Source of the DNA: Octopus vulgaris
Lineage: Eukaryota
DNA: 64,000 nucleotides
Direction of reading: 5' to 3'
Assembly: GCA_951406725.2 (NCBI GenBank)
Contig: OX597830.1
Coordinates: 24,304,001 to 24,368,000 of the forward strand
The position numbers were made by a program, and so were the translations under genes. Shown piece by piece: positions 57,419 to 64,000 of the stretch. The notes below the pieces were generated by a model. That model was not told the origin of the DNA. It worked only from the letters and a program-made list of their open reading frames with translations, and did no database searches. How positions within the stretch are numbered: position 1 is the stretch's first letter; the number at the start of each line of letters is the position of its first letter.

Positions 57419-57552
57419 CCAAGCATGAACCCATAAATACATAGACACATCTGTATGTATAGTCGTATGTATATGTGCATATATGCAAGGATGTGTAGTA
57501 TACATATGTGTATAATATATTTATACATACATATATATATACGCACATACAC

Positions 57553-57586
<34 letters not shown>

Positions 57587-57588
57587 GC

Positions 57589-57655
<67 letters not shown>

Positions 57656-58179
57656 TGTGTGTACATTCACACATACGACCGTCAAACACTCAGTGGGTAA
57701 TTTTCTGGTATGGTTCTATCTCATTTTCCGAATAGCATCACTTGAATAAATTGTGAAATGCTCGGAGTTGTGACAATATATTGTCCATTTAGAAAGAAAA
57801 TCCGTGTTGTTAAAAGAAAATTCATATTTATTTAATATGTTAATCAGAATTTGATATCAACAAATACACAACAATGCCGTAGTATTTATGAATTTATCGA
57901 CAGGAGGATAAACGATATTCAGTTTGCAAGGAGCTGTTCGTTTGACGTCATTTATAGAGAACAGCAGGCGGCTTTTATCTTTCCTTGTTTATCTTATAAG
58001 GAATACTATTGAAAAATGTGTCAGCTGCAACTGTCGGACGGGTAAAGGAGTAATAACTGAAGAGACTGTGACATCATCTTCACAGTTATTTTGTTGTGTA
58101 TTCATGTCAATCTTTACATTGTAGAAAAAAAAAATGCATACACACGTAAACGTGTGCGTATACACATACACACACACGC

Positions 58180-58234
<55 letters not shown>

Positions 58235-58513
58235 AATATATATAAACATATATATGCATGTATTTATATGGATTATATGAATATATTTATATTTATACAT
58301 ATACATATACATATAAATGCATGTATATATATATATGAATGCATGTATATATGTGTATATATATATACATATAAATACATATGTATGCATATAAATATAT
58401 ATATATATATATATACATGAATGCATGTATATGTGTGTGTGTATATGTATATTTATATATATATATATATATATATATACATGAATGCATGTATATGTGT
58501 GTGTGTATATGTA

Positions 58514-58557
<44 letters not shown>

Positions 58558-58877
58558 CACACACACATATATACATAAATGCATACATATATATAGACAT
58601 ATTTATTTGGACATGTGAGTGTGTGCGTGTGTGTGTCCGTGCGCGCGCGCTTGAATACTCACTAGCTGACGCAAGCATAAACATCCAATCGTGCAAAACA
58701 CACATCCACAGACACGGCGGGCGCATGCACACACATCCACATACCAGAGTGAATTATACCAAAAGAAACGTATTCAACTCATTAAACTATTCACACATTA
58801 ACATACACATGGAAACGCATACAGTCGTGGGCATACATCAGCACAGTACAAACATATATGCTTATAGGCATTTATAC

Positions 58878-58913
<36 letters not shown>

Positions 58914-59394
58914 GTAAGTATGTATGTAGGTATGTATGTATGTATATATATGTATGTATGTATGTATGTATATACACACACACATACATACTTACACATC
59001 CCAAAATACACAAGCGCACAAAGCCAAGCATCTAGTCACATAGGCAAATCACGTGTATTTGCATAGGCGTTTTAACGTGTACATGGAAGTATACACACCA
59101 TAAACATACATACACACTCGTAGATATACATTCATATATACATACATACATATCCAAAAGTAAACAGCAATGCCCGAAACGAAACAGCCTCTAGTTAACG
59201 GACAAACACACATGTGCAGATAGTTACAGGCATTAGTATAAGCATGCAAATACACACACACGCAAACACACACACAAAGATATGCGCATACATTGATAGA
59301 CATACATACATACACACACACAAACACACACACTGATGCTGATCCAAGTATTCACTTATAAACAAACACCTGCATATACATACACATATTTATG

Positions 59395-59808
59395 TCTTTA
59401 TTGCCCACAGGAGATTAAACATAGAGAGAACAAACAAGAACAGACAAATGGATTAAGTCGATTACATTGACCCCAGTGCATAACTGGTACTTATTTAATC
59501 GACCCTGAAAGGATAAAAGGCAAAGTCGACCTCCACGGAATTTTAACTTAGGATGCAAAGACCGGCGAAATACCTATTTCTTTACTACCCACAAGAGGCT
59601 AAACACAGAGAAGACAAACAAGGACAGACAAAGGGATTAAGTCGATTATATCGACCCCAGTAAGTAACTGGTACTTATTTAATCAACCCCAAAAGGATTA
59701 AAGGCAAAGTCGACCTCGGCGGAATTTGAACTCAGAACGTAGCGGCAGACGAAATACCTATTTCTTTACTACCCACAAGGGGCTAAACACAGAGAGGACA
59801 AACAAGGA
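59395..59808 (-). repeat. Tandem ~184-bp units of SINE family C internal sequence
   Basis: gtcgatta.at.gaccccagt at 59457 and 59641; same unit as 20700-21050. Confidence 0.85.
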
Positions 59809-59988
59809 TATAGAGTAACTGTCTGTAAAAGGAGGCTGCATAGGGAAAGACTCTAAATCATGATATTAATTACCAGTTAAAGGGGCAAAATGCTAAGAAA
59901 CCTAGGATTTTAATACAGAGGAAATTTTATCTTGGGGAACTAAGGGTGACTGTTTATAAAAAATATTGTTATGTTGTATAAAAATAGA

Positions 59989-60021
<33 letters not shown>

Positions 60022-60636
60022 TGTATGTATGTATGTATGTATGTATGTATGTGTGTATAGTCAACAGATGACATCCAGAGATTATCGGTATAGGACATAC
60101 TTAGTAGCGCTCAAATGATTCGAACTTGGGTTCTGATGTTGTTACGAGGGACCAATTCCATGAGGTAAAGAGTGGGTATAAGAGGAATCTGGGTGAACAG
60201 ATCTGCTTCTATTACTGGCCGCATATTGTGGTGAACTAAATATACCAACATTAGGATAGATCTCCCCCTCCCCAGAAACCGCTGTTGAACTTATAACATC
60301 TTGCATCCCCTTTAATTTTGTCTGTCGTTTGTACTTCGTGTAAGTTTTATATATTAATATATAAATATCTAGCACGGAATTTTGTCAGTGAATAGACCGC
60401 GATCTCAAAGCGACGAAAATATTTTGGCAAATTAAATTTAAATGTTGAAGTGTATCTAACGGTTTGTGTGTGTTTCTTACATGGCTTATAAACACCTTCC
60501 ACGCTGCAATTGTTTTCGTTCCAGCACACGATCTCAGATCAGGTCACTTGCTATGCAAGTACATCTCCGTAATATATATTTATACTTAAATATCGTCCCA
60601 AAATCATCAGTGCTTGCTGTCTTACCTTTTGCATAT

Positions 60637-60710
<74 letters not shown>

Positions 60711-61193
60711 CATATGCACACACACATATATATGTTTGTATATCAAACATAAGCTGTTATATTTAATTTATTTACCCACATAATAGCCTTTATCTCTCTG
60801 TCTGTCTGTCTCTCTCTCTCTCTATATATATATATATGTGTGTGTGTGTAATCAGCTTGTTTATTTTCTAACATACGCATAAGACCCGAAATTTGTCGAG
60901 AGTATTTGTTGATTATATCGATCCCAGTATTTGACGGTTTTTTTCTTTATTTTATTGATCCTCGAAAGATGTAAGGCAAAGTTGATTATGGCGGTATTGG
61001 AACTTAGAACATAAAGAGCTGAAACAAATATTGCAGGCAATTTTTTATACGATGCCCTATCAACACTGCCGATTCACCACAGTTTTTTTCTCTTTTTAAT
61101 AGATAATAAAACAGACATCCTTAAACATAGATATGTGTGTATGTTAGCAAGTATATATGCATGCATATATCTATGTACATATATGCATATATA

Positions 61194-61227
<34 letters not shown>

Positions 61228-61802
61228 GTACATGCCATCAAAGTGACACTGGGGTAAAATATACGAAGTCCAATATACCCATCATGTCTAACCGTCTGAT
61301 AAGGGTACATCAGACTCGTGCATCGCAAATATAAGTGCACAATATGGTGATCTCGTATCAAGATTAACAGCGCATGACCTTGCAATTGGGGCTCAGTTAG
61401 AATTTTCTTCGGGTCGAGTAGCCCATCCCGCTCAAAAGGTCCCTGAATACGGGTTGTTGAACGAAACACCCATGTTTCTAGAGGGGAATTACTGAAACCC
61501 TAAAGAATTCCTCTCAACACATGACTATGATGCTCCCCCACAACTTTTGCTCGTGATCAGAGATGCACATACCGTCAGCCACTAAGGGACATGCTCAACT
61601 GGTTAAGCTCAAACAACTGACAAGCAAATCTGTGGTATTGAACAGAATATTTGCTGTAGCCCATCTTTTATACCAAGACAAAACAATGTACATGATAACA
61701 CTTCCAATCAGTTAAGATTAGAAGCTATGAACGCCACTGACTAGCACTGCATCAGGGCATGTGTATGTATGTATGTATGTATGTATGTATGTATGTATGT
61801 AT

Positions 61803-61942
61803 GTCATTATTCAGTTTATTTCAAAATTTGTTGCTAATAGGAAAAGAACCGGTTTCTAACCTAGATCTACGGCTCCTTCATTGGAATTTCAACATCAACA
61901 ACAGGTTATGTATGTATGTATGTATGTATGTATGTATGTATG

Positions 61943-61973
<31 letters not shown>

Positions 61974-63180
61974 CATATGTATGTATGTATGAACGTATGT
62001 ATGTGTCTGTATGAATGAATGTATATATGTATGTACGTATGTATGTATGTATGTATGTGTAGATTTGTAATATTTATGTATGTATTCTCATGCATATAGT
62101 TGCATATCTAGACATACTCATATATATTTAAATGATAAACTTCTGGAAAATTTTACAGACTTTTACAGTTCCAGTGATGGATTGGATCTGTAGTCTTCGA
62201 ATTAGCTTTCTCCTTTTTGGTTTTGAGAAGCCTAATTTCTCAAGATTGGTACTTATGCAGTGTGTAACATATCCCATGGCCCTAATAATTACAGGTACAA
62301 ATCTGACCTTGTAATCTGGATAGAGTAACTGCAGATTTCTCAATAGTTTAGCATAGGTGTTCGCTTTTTCACTGATCTTCAGCTTTATGTTAACATTCAC
62401 TGGGCAGCAAATTTCCACAACTCCGCACAGTTTCTCTTCTCTATCCCAAATTATTATATCAGATCTGTCGTGCTTACATATCATTGAAATCTTCACTGAT
62501 ACATTCCACGAGTATTTCTTTTCATTATGAATGGCTATGGCTGCTACCATTTTGTAGATTCTTATTTCATTGTGCTTGGGATTATCCTTCCGACGGATTT
62601 CATTACAGAGTGTCCTAGGTACAACGTCATGTCTCATCGGTTGATAATATCGTGATGACATTTTTGAACATCTGCTTATGATGTGGGTGATATTTTCAGT
62701 ATGAACTCCACTAAGTCTGCATCGGTTGTCACATTTTACGGTTTATCCTGCATCTCTATCCCTCTTGTGTATCAGGTATTTGGTTGATATTTCCTGTTCC
62801 TGGATTGCAAACGTTTACTCTTTAAAGTGGGAGGTAGTAATCCGGCTATTGGTCTATGATAAACTGCTTTGATGATCGATGTTACTATCATCACGGAGCT
62901 CCCTACTAACATATCCATGCATAGTCTTCTGCTCATATAGGCTCATCTTTTCATCTGACGATACAATGCAGTTGAGTCTTGCGACGTTTTTGCGCATGTA
63001 TTCCAAGTTATCAGACAAAGAGTGTTGCTCAAGGAGCAGTCTTCCAAGTCTTATAATGTTATCATCCTCATATATGCAAAGTTGGTCAAGCGATGCACTT
63101 GGTGGTTAAAAGATGTTGCCGAAGGGATATGATGCGACATTCAAAAGCGTTTTGGATCGATGTTAAGCCTCTACCGCTTG
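61803..63180 (-). mobile_element. R4/Dong-like non-LTR retrotransposon 3' fragment (zinc knuckle + restriction-like endonuclease)
   Basis: GRGLTSIQNAF, CRLSGVHTENITHIISRC (degenerate CCHC), RHDVV, KHDRSDIIIWDREEKLCGVVEICCP, KISEKANTY; both ends abut (TATG)n. Confidence 0.85.
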
Positions 63181-63279
63181 TATGTATGTATGTATGTATG
63201 TATGTATGTATGTATGTATGTATGTATGTATGTATGTATGTATGTATGTATGTATGTATGTATGCATGTATGTGTGTAT

Positions 63280-63444
63280 GGCGTAGCACTGTGGTAAGAA
63301 GCTTGCTTTTCAACCACATGGTCCCGAGTTCAGTCACACTGCGTGGCACCTAGAGCAAGTGTTTTCTACTATAGCGTTGGGCTATAGTAGAGTGGATTGG
63401 GTTGACAGAAAGTGAAAGAAGCCCGTCGTTTATATATATATATA

Positions 63445-63501
<57 letters not shown>

Positions 63502-63758
63502 ATGCGCGTGTGTGTATTTATGCGTTTGTGTCATTGCGTCCGTGTTTGTTACCCCCACCATTCTTGATAACCGATGTTGGTGTGTTTACGTCCTCGTAAC
63601 TTAGCGGTTCGGCAAAAACTACTAGGCTTACAAAGAATAAATCCTGGGGCCGATTTCTTCGACTAATCCCATTAGGACGGTGCTGCAGCATGGCCGCAGT
63701 CAAATGACTGAAACAAGTGACAGAATAAAAGAGTGAAAGAATAAAAGAATAAAAGAAT
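63280..63758 (+). mobile_element. SINE family A (diverged)
   Basis: Family match with (TG)n core and (AGAATAAA)n tail. Confidence 0.85.
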
Positions 63759-63889
63759 AGCTACATATATTACATACTTTCATGCATTTAAATATGGATA
63801 TGTGTGTGTATGTGTATGCTTGTGTGTATATGTATGAGTGTAATTGTACGTATATATGTATACATATGTATGTGCATGTGTGCGTGAAT

Positions 63890-64000
63890 GTGTGTGGCCT
63901 AGTGGTTAGGGTGTTGCGCTCCAGATCAAAAGATCACAGGTTCGGTTCGAGGACTGACCGATGCGTCGTGTCCTCCTTGACCAAAAGCACTTCATTTCAC
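63890..64000 (+). mobile_element. tRNA-derived SINE head running off the window
   Basis: tggcctagtggttagggtg...ggttcggttc. Confidence 0.7.

Overview
Eukaryotic, AT-rich, microsatellite-saturated non-coding DNA (intron or intergenic). The SINE families and the density of (TA)n/(TATG)n/(CA)n tracts resemble an octopus genome; this is recognition from memory, not a database result. I cannot support any host protein-coding gene, and almost all ORFs in the track are microsatellite read-throughs. The real coding signal comes from transposons: two Penelope-like retroelements (RT + GIY-YIG; one degenerate at ~6.2-8.06 kb, one with an uninterrupted ~580-codon frame at 37.4-39.2 kb), CR1-like, RTE-like and R4/Dong-like LINE remnants, and Tc1, mariner and pogo/Tigger remnants. 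At least four tRNA-derived SINE families are also present. The most notable unannotated signal is a set of minimal type-I hammerhead-ribozyme motifs. They occur downstream of both Penelope ORFs and in several short, often inverted-repeat elements lodged in (TA)n tracts; one is structurally perfect with a compensatory U3-A8 core. Also notable: a 166-168 bp satellite derived from a pogo-like transposase HTH, an R4/Dong-like element tied to (TATG)n, and long inverted repeats enclosing microsatellite spacers.
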